DNA of 64,000 nucleotides from Armatimonadota bacterium (GTDB taxonomy: Bacteria > Armatimonadota > SYMT01). Shown piece after piece: positions 19,641 through 29,050 of the stretch (position 1 is its first letter; each line of letters opens with the position of its first letter). The stretch spans positions 32,001 through 96,000 of the forward strand of contig JBKBRF010000020.1 of assembly GCA_046292385.1 (NCBI GenBank), read 5' to 3'. The notes below the pieces were generated by a model. It was given only the letters and a program-made list of their open reading frames with translations. It had not been told where the DNA came from and did no database searches. The translations under genes were made by a program, and so were the position numbers.

Positions 19641-20240
19641 ATGTCGATTACAGCAAAAGATGTTCAGGCGCTTCGGGAAAAGACCGGCGCCGGCATGATG
19701 GACTGCAAGAAGGCGCTGCAGGAGTCCGGCGGCAACATGGACGAGGCGGTGAAGTACCTTCGCGAGAAGGGGATCGCCTCCGCCACGAAGCGGGAAGGCC
19801 GCAGCGCCTCCGAAGGCACCATCGGCACCTACCTGCACCACACCGGCAAGATCGCCGTGCTGGTGGAGCTGAACTGCGAAACCGACTTCGTGGCTCGCAA
19901 CGAGGAGTTCCAGGCGCTGGCGCGGGAGCTGGCGCTCCAGGTCGCCTCCGCCAACCCGACCTACCTTCGCGCGGAAGACGTGCCGGAGGACGTGCTGACC
20001 CGCGAGCGTGAGATCGCGGAGAACCTGGCGCGCAACGAGGGCAAGCCGGAGGCCGCGCTTCCCAAGATCGTGGAAGGCCGCGTGCGGAAGTGGCTGGAGG
20101 AGAACTGCCTCCTGACCCAGGCTTCGATCCGCGACCCGAAGAAGCAGGTGGGTGACCTGGTGCAGGACCTCCGCGCCAAGCTGGGTGAGAACGTCCAGGT
20201 GCGCCGCTTCGTGCGGTACAAGGTCGGAGAAGAGGCCTGA
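19641..20240 (+). CDS. tsf: Elongation factor Ts (short form)
   Basis: [26 protein letters not shown]. Confidence 0.98.
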   Translation: MSITAKDVQALREKTGAGMMDCKKALQESGGNMDEAVKYLREKGIASATKREGRSASEGTIGTYLHHTGKIAVLVELNCETDFVARNEEFQALARELALQVASANPTYLRAEDVPEDVLTREREIAENLARNEGKPEAALPKIVEGRVRKWLEENCLLTQASIRDPKKQVGDLVQDLRAKLGENVQVRRFVRYKVGEEA

Positions 20241-20244
20241 TCCG

Positions 20245-21003
20245 GTGAGCGACGACTCGCAAACTCCGGCTGCGCCCCTGCGCTGGAAGCGAGCGCTGCT
20301 GAAACTCAGCGGTGAGGCATTTGCGGGCGGTCAGGGCATCGGGATCGATGCCCCGACCGTCCGTCGCATCGCCGAGGAGGTCAGCGGGGTCGCCGCGCTG
20401 GGCGTGGAGCTGGCCGTGGTGGTAGGCGGCGGCAACATCATCCGCGGCGGGCTCGCCAGCGCCGCCGGGATCGAGCGCACCACCGGCGACCACATGGGCA
20501 TGCTCGCTACGGTGATCAACTGCCTCGCGCTGCAGGATGCGCTGGAGAGCATGGGGATCCCGGTGCGGACCCAGACCGGCATCTCCATGAGCCAGATCGC
20601 GGAGCCGTTCATCCGGCGCCGCGCCATCCGTCACCTGGAGAAGGGCCGGGTGGTGATCTTCGGAGCCGGCACCGGCAACCCGTACTTCACCACCGATACC
20701 GCCGCCGCGCTGCGGGCGCTGGAGATACGCGCCCAGGTGATCCTCAAGGCGACCAACATCGACGGCATCTACGACCGTGACCCTCGCAAGCACCCGGACG
20801 CCGTGAAGTTTACGGAGCTCTCCCATGAGGAAGCGTTCCATCGGCGGCTGGCGGTGATGGACCTGACCGCCTTCTCCCTGAGCATGGAGAACGGAATCCC
20901 GATTGTCGTATTCGACATGAACGAGAGCGGGAATATCCGGCGCGTGCTGCAGGGCGAGCCGGTCGGAACGGTGGTCGGAACCCGCTCCGGCGACGCCGAC
21001 TGA
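20245..21003 (+). CDS. pyrH: UMP kinase
   Basis: [26 protein letters not shown] start. Confidence 0.97.
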   Translation: MSDDSQTPAAPLRWKRALLKLSGEAFAGGQGIGIDAPTVRRIAEEVSGVAALGVELAVVVGGGNIIRGGLASAAGIERTTGDHMGMLATVINCLALQDALESMGIPVRTQTGISMSQIAEPFIRRRAIRHLEKGRVVIFGAGTGNPYFTTDTAAALRALEIRAQVILKATNIDGIYDRDPRKHPDAVKFTELSHEEAFHRRLAVMDLTAFSLSMENGIPIVVFDMNESGNIRRVLQGEPVGTVVGTRSGDAD

Positions 21004-21051
21004 CCGGAAGCTCCGGCGACCGATTCCTGCCCGGAGACAGGAGACGCAGAA

Positions 21052-21624
21052 ATGGCAGACGAGAACTTCGGAAAGAACCTGCTGCGCGATGCCGACGACC
21101 GGATGCGGAAGAGCATTGAGTCGACGCAGCACGACCTGCAGGCGATCCGCACCGGCCGCGCCAACCCGGCGCTGCTGGAGCGGGTAGAGGTGGAGTATTA
21201 CGGCAGTAAGATGCCCCTCCCGCAGGTAGCCACCGTCACCGCGCCGGAAGCGCGCATGCTAGTGGTCTCCCCCTGGGACCGCGGTGCCCTCCCCGCCATC
21301 GAGCGTGCGATCATGAAGTCGGACCTCGGTCTCAACCCGAGCAGCGACGGCCAGATGATCCGCCTCATCGTGCCGCAGCTCACCGAGGAGACGCGCAAGG
21401 GCCTGATCAAGCAGGTCCACAAGCGGATCGAGGAGGGGAAGGTCGCCATCCGCAACATCCGCCGCGACGCGATCGAGCAGCTTCGCTCCGCCAAGAAGAA
21501 CAGCGAGATCGGCGAGGACGAGGAGAAGCGGCTGGAAGGCGACGTCCAGAAGTCGACCGACAAGTTCGTCGCGGAGCTGGACGCGATCCAGAAGCACAAG
21601 GAAGCGGAATTGATGGAAGTCTGA
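21052..21624 (+). CDS. frr: Ribosome recycling factor
   Basis: IRTGRANP, LGLNP, AIRNIRRD. Confidence 0.98.
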   Translation: MADENFGKNLLRDADDRMRKSIESTQHDLQAIRTGRANPALLERVEVEYYGSKMPLPQVATVTAPEARMLVVSPWDRGALPAIERAIMKSDLGLNPSSDGQMIRLIVPQLTEETRKGLIKQVHKRIEEGKVAIRNIRRDAIEQLRSAKKNSEIGEDEEKRLEGDVQKSTDKFVAELDAIQKHKEAELMEV

Positions 21625-21650
21625 GCCTCGCTCAGCTCCATCCACCTCGA

Positions 21651-21682
21651 GGGGCTCCGGCGGCAACGCCGGGGCCTTTTCC
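21651..21682 (+). terminator. Terminator after frr
   Basis: GGCTCCGGCG-GCAA-CGCCGGGGCC then TTTT. Confidence 0.75.
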
Positions 21683-21804
21683 GCTTAGCCTCGCCAGGGC
21701 CAGTCGTGAGCCGAGCGCCGGCCACCCCCGAAGGAACGGGTTCGAGGAGCGCGAGCAGGCCGCTTCCGGCAGCCCTTTCGGTGGAGGCACCGCTCCCCGA
21801 GTTC

Positions 21805-21963
21805 GTCATTCTGAACGCAGTGAAGAATCTCGGCAGCCGTCCTGGTCCGGTGCACGCATCTTCGTGACGAGGACCCAAACAGGCGAGGCGCTCCCGAACG
21901 TGTGGGCCCGGCGTACTCCCGGAGAGCCGAGTGACGTAGATCCTTCACTGCGTTCAGGATGAC
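21805..21963. repeat. REP-like element with 26-nt inverted arms
   Basis: GTCATTCTGAACGCAGTGAAGAATCT ... AGATCCTTCACTGCGTTCAGGATGAC (2 differences, both G-U compatible). Confidence 0.8.
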
Positions 21964-22154
21964 CTCCGGGGGCGGAGCCGTGCTCAAGCTGGGCTCACGC
22001 CGATCCGATGGGACCGGTTCGCGGCAAAACCCCACGCGACGCCCTTCAGTGCAGCGCCCCATAGAGGGCGGGGAGCGGCCGGGCGCTAACGTAGCTGCGG
22101 CCGGTATACTCTCCGCGCCGCGCGTGCGGCTCACCCGCTCTACGGAGACCCTCG

Positions 22155-23459
22155 ATGCCTCGACTTCCGCTTCGCTTCTTTTGCCTGCTGCTGCTTGGCT
22201 GGACTGCAGTCGGGCTGGCCGGCACGGCCGGCGCCCATCCAAGCCACGATGACGACCACCTCCGCATAGGGATCCTCGCGCCGGTCACCGGCAGTGCGGA
22301 AGCGACAGGTAGAGAGATGCTCCACGGCGCTGCGCTGGCGGTGGAGCAGATCAATGCCGCCGGTGGGGTGCGGGTCGGCAAGAAGCGGATGGAGCTGGAG
22401 CTGGTTACCGGCGACACGCAGTCGACCGCCGAGGGGGGAGTCGCGGCGGCGAACGCGCTGATCCAGCAGCAGGTCGTCTCGTTCATTGGGGCCTACGGCA
22501 GCGCGACCACCCTCGCGGCGCAGGTGCCGATCTCCGCCGCGAAGCTGCCGTACCTGGTGAGCGGCGCCAGCACGCCGCGCATCACGCGCCGCACCGATCT
22601 GGACACCAGCCGGATGTTCCACCTGCACGAGCTGGGCCCGTGGGATGGGGCCGCCGCCGCGCGGTTCCTGGCCGAGGCGGCGCGGCCGGCGCTGGCACCG
22701 AAGCGGAACCTCCGCGTGGCGGTGCTGTATCAGGACACCGCGTTCGGGCAGGACTTCCTGAACGGCCTGCCCGGCCTGGGCCTGCAGGGCTACACGGAGG
22801 CGCGAGGGCTGCCGCTGGACCTCGTGGCGGTGGAGCCGTTCGCCAACGGCGCGACCGACTTCGAAGAGCAGCTCCTCCGGGTGCGGGATGCGGACCCGGA
22901 CATCATCGTCCCCGTCGCCCTGGTGGCGGAGGCGATTCCCATGCTGCACCAGGCCGTGAACGAGCTCGGGATGAGCGTTCCCTGGGGGCCGGTCAACAAG
23001 GTTTGCGAGTCCCCCGCGTTCTACGAGGCGATCGACGACCTCCGAGTCCCGATCTTCATCGGAACCTACTTCTCCGTCTGGGACACCCCGCGCGGCAAAG
23101 CCGGACGCCACCTCGATAGCTTCCGCGGCCAGTACGTGGTGCGCTGGGGTGAGCTGCCCGGCCTGGAGGCGGCGCTGCAGTACGAGGCGATCTACACCCT
23201 CAAGGCGGTCTACGAGCGGGCGCGCACCCTGCGACCTGCGAAGGTGACGCAGGCGTTCCGCAGCCTCAACACGCCGAGCCGGATCTTGCCGACCGTGAAG
23301 CGGAAGATCCGCTTCGATAAGAACCGCGAGGTCCGCTTCGATCTCTTCGTGACGCAGCTCTTCTTCGACGAGGAACTCGGCCGGATGCGCTCTCGCATCG
23401 TCTGGCCCGCGTCCCTCGCTACCGGTCCGCTGGACCTGGAGCCGGAGCCCCGGGGATAG
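22155..23459 (+). CDS. Branched-chain amino acid-type ABC substrate-binding protein (no adjacent permease)
   Basis: Signal peptide; IGILAPVTG, AVEQINAAGGV, GAYGS, TDFEEQL. Confidence 0.88.
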   Translation: MPRLPLRFFCLLLLGWTAVGLAGTAGAHPSHDDDHLRIGILAPVTGSAEATGREMLHGAALAVEQINAAGGVRVGKKRMELELVTGDTQSTAEGGVAAANALIQQQVVSFIGAYGSATTLAAQVPISAAKLPYLVSGASTPRITRRTDLDTSRMFHLHELGPWDGAAAARFLAEAARPALAPKRNLRVAVLYQDTAFGQDFLNGLPGLGLQGYTEARGLPLDLVAVEPFANGATDFEEQLLRVRDADPDIIVPVALVAEAIPMLHQAVNELGMSVPWGPVNKVCESPAFYEAIDDLRVPIFIGTYFSVWDTPRGKAGRHLDSFRGQYVVRWGELPGLEAALQYEAIYTLKAVYERARTLRPAKVTQAFRSLNTPSRILPTVKRKIRFDKNREVRFDLFVTQLFFDEELGRMRSRIVWPASLATGPLDLEPEPRG

Positions 23460-23564
23460 CCGCTCACGTCCGGCCCGCTGCGCTTGCCGCCGCGCACGGG
23501 CCGGGCGTGAGATAATCGAGACGAAGTAGTCGTTAGTCAAGCCGGGATCGACGGGGGAAGCTCT

Positions 23565-23649
23565 GTTGCAGGTTTGCAAGTTGGCAGGTTGCAGGTTGGG
23601 AACACGGGAGGCGGGGTTTGGAACCTGCAACCTGTTAACCTGCAACCTG
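23565..23649. repeat. Palindrome with 7-8 nt tandem-repeat arms (GCAGGTT / AACCTGC)
   Basis: Left arm of GCAGGTT-like units, right arm of AACCTGC-like units. Confidence 0.75.
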
Positions 23650-23775
23650 GAAACAGACGGGGAGCGAGCTGCCCTTTCCCCGCTCTCCCTTGCTCCCGCT
23701 CCCTGCCGAAAGCGGTAGCTTGACACACCCGAAATGTGGCGTCCGGCCGCGATCCGATCCGCGAGAGAGAACCCC

Positions 23776-25299
23776 ATGAGCTCCAGCATTGCCCCTGTCC
23801 TGATCGCCGGCGAATGGCGGTCGAGCCACTCGACCGGCACCTTCCAGGCCGATAACCCGACCCTGGGGAAGGCGCTTCCGGAGAGCTATCCGGTCTCTTC
23901 CCGCGAGGAGGTGCTGGAGGCGATCCGCGCCGGCTGCGAGGCGGCGGATGCCCTGCGACGGACGCCGGGTGAGGCGATTGCCCGCTTTCTGGAAGCGTTC
24001 GCGGACGGCATCGAGGCGCGGCGCGCCGACCTGGTGGCGCTGGCGCACGCGGAGAGCGGGCTGCCGGAGAAGCCGCGCCTGAAAGTGGTGGAGCTGCCGC
24101 GCACCACCAACCAGCTGCGCCTGGCGGCGAAGGCGGCGCGAGAGGGCACCTGGCGCGAGCCGATCCGGGACGAGGCGGCCGGCATCTACTCGGTGCGCGC
24201 GCCGCTCGGCGGCCCGGTGGTGGTGATGGGGCCGAACAACTTCCCGTTCGCGTTCAATTCCGTGGCCGGGGGCGACTTTGCCGCCGCCCTCGCCGCGCAC
24301 AACCCCGTCATCGCTAAGGCGAATACCAGCCATCCCGGTACCACCCGGCTGCTCGCTGAGATCGCGCGAGAGGCGGTGGAGAGCGCCGGCCTCCATCCCG
24401 CCACCGTGCAGCTGATCTACCGGACGCCGCGGGAGGTGGGGCTGGAGCTGGTTTCGCACCCGCTGGTCGGCGCGACCGGCTTCACCGGCAGCAAGGCGGC
24501 CGGTCTGCAGCTCAAGGACGCGGCGGACCGCGCCGGCAAGCCGATCTACCTGGAGATGTCGAGCGTCAACCCGGTGGTGGTGCTGGAAGGCGCGCTCCGC
24601 GAGCGGGGCGAGGCGATTGCCGAGGAGTTCTTCGGCTCCTGCACCATGGGCGCCGGCCAGTTCTGCACCAATCCCGGGTTCCTGGTGCTGCCGGACAGCG
24701 AAGCGGGCCGGGCGTTCGTCCAGGCGGCCTGCGCGAAGTTCGCGGCGGGCGCCCCGGGCGTGCTCCTGGGCAAGGGCGGCCGCTCGGCGCTGGTGGAGGC
24801 GGTCGGCACGCTCCGCGCGGCCGGAGCGACGGTGCTGGTCGGCGGCGAGCCGGCGGAAGGTCCCGCCTACCGGTTCCAGAACACGCTGCTGCAGGTGACC
24901 GGGGAGCAGTTCCTGCAGAACCCGCACGACCTCCAGACCGAGGCGTTCGGGCCGGTTTCGCTGCTCGTCATGTCGAGCAGTACGGCGCAGACGGTCGAGA
25001 TCCTCCGCCGGCTCGAAGGCAACCTCACCGGCACGATCTATTCCGATACCGCGGGCAGCGACGACGCCGACTATGCCGCGATCGAGCCGCCGCTCCGCCA
25101 GCGCGTGGGCCGGCTGCTCAACGACAAGATGCCGACCGGCGTGGCGGTGAGCCCCGCCATGAACCACGGCGGCCCGTACCCGGCCACCGGCCACCCCGGC
25201 TTCACGGCCGTCGGTCTCCCGACCAGCATAAGCCGCTTCACCGCGCTGCACTGCTACGACAACGTCCGCCCCGAGCGCCTCCCCGAGGACCTGCGCTGA
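23776..25299 (+). CDS. NADP-dependent aldehyde dehydrogenase (alpha-ketoglutaric semialdehyde dehydrogenase-like)
   Basis: NFPFAFNSVAGGDFAAALAA, FTGS, EMSSVNP, GQFCTNPG, EAFGP, HGGPYPAT. Confidence 0.9.
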   Translation: MSSSIAPVLIAGEWRSSHSTGTFQADNPTLGKALPESYPVSSREEVLEAIRAGCEAADALRRTPGEAIARFLEAFADGIEARRADLVALAHAESGLPEKPRLKVVELPRTTNQLRLAAKAAREGTWREPIRDEAAGIYSVRAPLGGPVVVMGPNNFPFAFNSVAGGDFAAALAAHNPVIAKANTSHPGTTRLLAEIAREAVESAGLHPATVQLIYRTPREVGLELVSHPLVGATGFTGSKAAGLQLKDAADRAGKPIYLEMSSVNPVVVLEGALRERGEAIAEEFFGSCTMGAGQFCTNPGFLVLPDSEAGRAFVQAACAKFAAGAPGVLLGKGGRSALVEAVGTLRAAGATVLVGGEPAEGPAYRFQNTLLQVTGEQFLQNPHDLQTEAFGPVSLLVMSSSTAQTVEILRRLEGNLTGTIYSDTAGSDDADYAAIEPPLRQRVGRLLNDKMPTGVAVSPAMNHGGPYPATGHPGFTAVGLPTSISRFTALHCYDNVRPERLPEDLR

Positions 25300-25310
25300 G
25301 TCAGGCAGAT

Positions 25311-25510
25311 GTGTAAGAAGGGGGATAAGGGGATAGGGGGGATAAGGGGATGGACATGCTCCAGGCTCGCCTGACGCAGATCCGGTGCGGCCCCGACGGT
25401 GCTGAGAGGTTGGTGGCCATCAGCCTGACGGGTTCGTAGCAGCACCGTTCTTCTGTTTGGTCCGGTTTATCCCCCTATCCCCCTTCATCTCCACATCTCC
25501 TTTCTTACAC
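25311..25510. repeat. Palindromic element with 9-nt repeat arms (GGGGATAAG-like)
   Basis: Ends GTGTAAGAA / TTCTTACAC; GGGGATA units on the left, TATCCCC-like units on the right. Confidence 0.7.
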
Positions 25511-25519
25511 AAGCGTCGA

Positions 25520-26689
25520 ATGCCGAAGTCAGCTCCTGTCGTTCAGAGGTTCTTTGCTCCCTGCCCGCGCGGGTTGGAGGAGTCGCTTTCGGAGGAGCTG
25601 GAGGGGCTGGGGGCGCGGGAGGTGGAGCGGGTGCCGGGCGGGGTGCACTTTCGGGGCGACTGGTCGGTCTGCTACCGGGTGAACCTGCACAGCCGCATCG
25701 CCACCCGCGTCCTCTGGCGCGTGGCGCACGCACCGTACCGCGTCGAGCCGGAGGTCTACCGCGCCGCGTTCGACGCTCCCTGGCGCGACTGGTTCGATCC
25801 GGCGCAGACGATCCGCGTCTACACGACGGGGGTGCAGTCGCCGCTGCGGAGCCTCGACTACATCACGGTCCACATCAAGGATGCCATCTGCGCCCGCTTC
25901 ACCCAGGACTGCGGCGAGCGGCCGAGCGTAAACACCGAGGCACCGGACGTGCGAATCCACGCGTTCCTGGACGCGCGGACGGTGACGCTCTACCTCGACA
26001 CCTCCGGCGAGCCGCTCTTCAAGCGCGGCTATCGCCGGACCACCACCGAGGCACCGCTGAAGGAAAACCTGGCGGCCGGCATCCTGCGCCTCACCGGCTG
26101 GCAGCCCGGGACGCCGCTCCTCGACCCGATGTGCGGCAGCGGCACGTTTCTGCTGGAGGCGGCGCAGATCGCGCTGAACATCGCGCCGGGAAGCGCGCGC
26201 CGGTTCGGGTTCGAGAAGCTGAAGTGGCATCAGCCGGCACTCTGGTCGCGCATCCAGGCGGACGCCCGTGCGAAGCAGCTTCCGCCCCGCCCGCTCCCGA
26301 TCTACGGCTGCGATCTCCACAACGGGGAGCTGGAGGCGGCGCGCCGCAACCTGGCGGATGCCGGGCTGGGGGAGGTCGTGCGGCTCAAGCAGGCCGACAT
26401 CCTGCGCGTCTCCGCGCCCGCCGAGAGCGGCGTGATGGTGACGAACCCGCCGTACGGCGTCCGCCTGGGGGAGCAGGAGGAGCTGGCGCGCTTCTACCCG
26501 CGCCTGGGCGACGCCCTGAAGCAGAACTTCGCGGGGTGGGACTGCTTCATCCTGAGCGCCGATCCGCGCCTGCCCAAGCTGATCCGCCTCGGCACGAGCC
26601 GCCGCATCCCGCTCTTCAACGGCGCGCTGGAGTGCCGCCTGCTGGAGTACCGCATGGTCGCGGGCCCTCGGAAAGGCCCGGCCGACTGA
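25520..26689 (+). CDS. THUMP-domain class I SAM-dependent RNA methyltransferase (RlmL-like)
   Basis: DTSGEPLFKRGYR, APLKENLAAG, DPMCGSGT, NPPYG. Confidence 0.92.
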   Translation: MPKSAPVVQRFFAPCPRGLEESLSEELEGLGAREVERVPGGVHFRGDWSVCYRVNLHSRIATRVLWRVAHAPYRVEPEVYRAAFDAPWRDWFDPAQTIRVYTTGVQSPLRSLDYITVHIKDAICARFTQDCGERPSVNTEAPDVRIHAFLDARTVTLYLDTSGEPLFKRGYRRTTTEAPLKENLAAGILRLTGWQPGTPLLDPMCGSGTFLLEAAQIALNIAPGSARRFGFEKLKWHQPALWSRIQADARAKQLPPRPLPIYGCDLHNGELEAARRNLADAGLGEVVRLKQADILRVSAPAESGVMVTNPPYGVRLGEQEELARFYPRLGDALKQNFAGWDCFILSADPRLPKLIRLGTSRRIPLFNGALECRLLEYRMVAGPRKGPAD

Positions 26690-26714
26690 GCCGCCGCGCC
26701 GGCGGAGAACCGCC

Positions 26715-27524
26715 ATGCTCCCGATCATCGAGCTCCCGCTCGTCAGCGAGGACTGGGTCTACCCCTGCTCCGCCGACGACCTCCGCGGGCGGCTGTCGAC
26801 CGTCCCGGAAGCGGACTTGAACGGCCTGCGCCGCATCCTTCTCGCGCCCTCCACGCGGAAGGACCACACTTCGAACGGGAGCTATCGCTACTCCCCAAAG
26901 CCGGAGATCCGGATCTACTCCCATCCACGGTCGCTCCGGCATAAGCTGCCCTCCTGGACCGGGACGCGGCACCTCCCGTTGTATGCGGTCGAGCGGCAGT
27001 ACGGGATGACGGTGGAGCAGGTGGGGAGCCGCTACTTCTGCTGCTGGGAGCCGGAGGCGCTGCGGCGCTTCATCGTGGAGCACGTGCTGCTGCACGAGAT
27101 CGGCCACCACGTCTACCACCAGCAGCGGCGGATCGCCGGCTGCGAACATCGGCCCAACACGCGAGAGTCGGAGCAGTTCGCCGAAGCCTACGCGCTTCGG
27201 CACTCACGCGAACTGGGTCCACGGTGGGGGAGCGGGAACGAAGTAGAGCCGCAGGTCTCGGAGGTGGCTCGACGCGGAGACCACGTTCGTCCACACCGCG
27301 GCAGTGAGGAGGAGCGACCACCAGCCACGCCGTCGCAGCGTGGACCAGCCCTCCCGCTTCGGGATCCCGAACCACGCGCGTGCCTGGAAGAAACTCACCG
27401 TCAACCAGAGAATGCTCCCGGTGGCGGCGGTCTGACTGACAAAACCCGGAGCGAGCAGCGGCAGTCCCGAGGTGACCACCGAAGTAGCCAGGCCGGCAGT
27501 GGTGACGGCACTCGTCACGAATAG
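26715..27524 (+). CDS. Hypothetical zincin-like metallopeptidase; 3' end uncertain
   Basis: VLLHEIGHH plus downstream EQFAEAYA; last ~107 codons run antisense to the next gene. Confidence 0.65.
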   Translation: MLPIIELPLVSEDWVYPCSADDLRGRLSTVPEADLNGLRRILLAPSTRKDHTSNGSYRYSPKPEIRIYSHPRSLRHKLPSWTGTRHLPLYAVERQYGMTVEQVGSRYFCCWEPEALRRFIVEHVLLHEIGHHVYHQQRRIAGCEHRPNTRESEQFAEAYALRHSRELGPRWGSGNEVEPQVSEVARRGDHVRPHRGSEEERPPATPSQRGPALPLRDPEPRACLEETHRQPENAPGGGGLTDKTRSEQRQSRGDHRSSQAGSGDGTRHE

Positions 27525-27809
27525 GGCGGCCATCAGCGGAGCCCAGGCGCCGGCGTCTCCGGGGATGAGTCCCGGCAGGCAGACCCGCGCGAGGACGAGG
27601 ATCCACGTGATGATCACCGTGCCGGCAACTCCAAGCTGATAGTCCACGAGGAACAGCACCGGCAGTGCCGCGACGGCTACGAGCGCCATCATCCCCAGGA
27701 AGATGAGGCCCACCGCCAGAATCCGAACGCACGCCGGCGGGTCCGTGTGCGGCGAGGTGCTCTTGCTCGCCGGATCCCGATCAACTGGGCGCTCGGTGGA
27801 CATTGACAC
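27204..27809 (-). CDS. Hypothetical membrane protein
   Basis: About five hydrophobic segments; GAAGGAG just upstream. Confidence 0.55.
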   Translation of the reverse strand: MSMSTERPVDRDPASKSTSPHTDPPACVRILAVGLIFLGMMALVAVAALPVLFLVDYQLGVAGTVIITWILVLARVCLPGLIPGDAGAWAPLMAALFVTSAVTTAGLATSVVTSGLPLLAPGFVSQTAATGSILWLTVSFFQARAWFGIPKREGWSTLRRRGWWSLLLTAAVWTNVVSASSHLRDLRLYFVPAPPPWTQFA

Positions 27810-27854
27810 TCCTTCGCCCGGTCTCTGTTGCTCCCGTGTCCGGGACCCACCCGA

Positions 27855-28736
27855 TCACCGCAGGAAGGCGAGGGTGGCGTCGGTGCCCCATTTGCCTTCG
27901 ACGAAGGCGGTCACAGAGTCGAGTTCCACGCCTTCTCCGCGGAGGTCCTGCAAGACCCCGAACATTCGCTGCAGCATCGCGTCGTTCTCGCGGTCCTCGC
28001 GGATGCCGCCGATCTCGTCGATGCCGAGCGCAAGGGCGGGCCGGCGGAACTCCCGAAAGTAGCGGCGGAGGGAGTCGACAGCGCCGTCGAAGTCCCGGTC
28101 GCGCCCGACGAACCAGGTGCAGGAGACGACGTCCACGTAGTGGTCTCCCGGCCAGTAGTCGCGGATCATCGCGTAGCGGTCGCCGCGGATGTCGGAGCGG
28201 ATGGCGGGGGAGAAGGCGAAGCGGACCTCCGGCGCCCGGAAGCGGAACACCTCGCGGACCATCGGGAAGGTGCGGCGGTAGTCGTCCGGGCGGCGGCCCC
28301 AGACCTGGGACGGGGTGGGAGAGTCGTTGAACTCCGAGGCGTAGCGGATTACGATCTCCAGCCGCTTCCCGGCGGCCCGGGCGAGCTGCTGATACGCCTC
28401 CAGCTCCGCCGCCAGGCCGTGAAGGAGGTCGAGATTCCGCTCCACCCGCCTATACGGATCGGGAAGCTGGTAGGGGAGCAGGGCCAGGTTGAGCGTCTTG
28501 CCGGGTTGCTCGCTCGCGCGGAGGGAGGCGAGGAGCGCGTCGAAGAAGCGCTGGTGGTGCGGCCGCAGCGCGCGGCCGTGCCGGGCGAAGTAGCCGGCGG
28601 CATCCTCGTTGACGCCGTAGTAGAAGTTCGTTCCCTCCGGCTCGAAGCCGTAGCGCGCCCGCGCCGCCTCCTGCGGGAGCACCTCCGCGCCGTCCTTTCG
28701 GAAGAGCAGCAGCCGGCGGATGTTCGTGGGGCGCAT
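27855..28736 (-). CDS. Divergent GH26-like glycoside hydrolase
   Basis: IRYASEFND, YWPGDHYVDVV, GIDEIGG; only the last 293 aa of the 1018-aa ORF look real. Confidence 0.65.
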   Translation of the reverse strand: MRPTNIRRLLLFRKDGAEVLPQEAARARYGFEPEGTNFYYGVNEDAAGYFARHGRALRPHHQRFFDALLASLRASEQPGKTLNLALLPYQLPDPYRRVERNLDLLHGLAAELEAYQQLARAAGKRLEIVIRYASEFNDSPTPSQVWGRRPDDYRRTFPMVREVFRFRAPEVRFAFSPAIRSDIRGDRYAMIRDYWPGDHYVDVVSCTWFVGRDRDFDGAVDSLRRYFREFRRPALALGIDEIGGIREDRENDAMLQRMFGVLQDLRGEGVELDSVTAFVEGKWGTDATLAFLR

Positions 28737-28751
28737 GGGTTTGCCAGGTGT

Positions 28752-29040
28752 CAGGGGCCAGGGGCCAGGGGCCAGGGGCCAGGGGCCAGCGACGCCTGCC
28801 GTGAGGGAGGCAATGATTTCGGCACCGCACGGCGGGCCGTGAACGACCCGCCTGTCTCTTCGGAAAGCACCCTGAAGGGCGCTACTTTCCCGAGAACCCT
28901 CAGTCACGCCGATGAGCCAGCCTGCTTCAGCAGGCTTACACAAACTCCAGCCGGCTCCTTCAGGGGCCGGCGCGGCGTTAGAGAAGGGACGCATCGCACG
29001 GGGGAGCCGCCCTGATCCCCGACCCCTGACCCCTGACCCC
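28752..29040. repeat. Heptamer-armed palindrome: (CAGGGGC)5 ... (TGACCCC-like)4
   Basis: Five perfect CAGGGGC units at 28752-28786; four inverse-type units at 29013-29040. Confidence 0.8.
28830..28972. repeat. REP/REPIN-like palindromic element, copy 2
   Basis: Shares GGAAAGCACnCTGAAGnGCGCT, CAGCCTGCTTCAGCAGGCTTAC and CAGCCGGnTCCTTCAGGGnCnGGCG with 16851..17022. Confidence 0.8.
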
Positions 29041-29050
29041 CGACCGAAAG

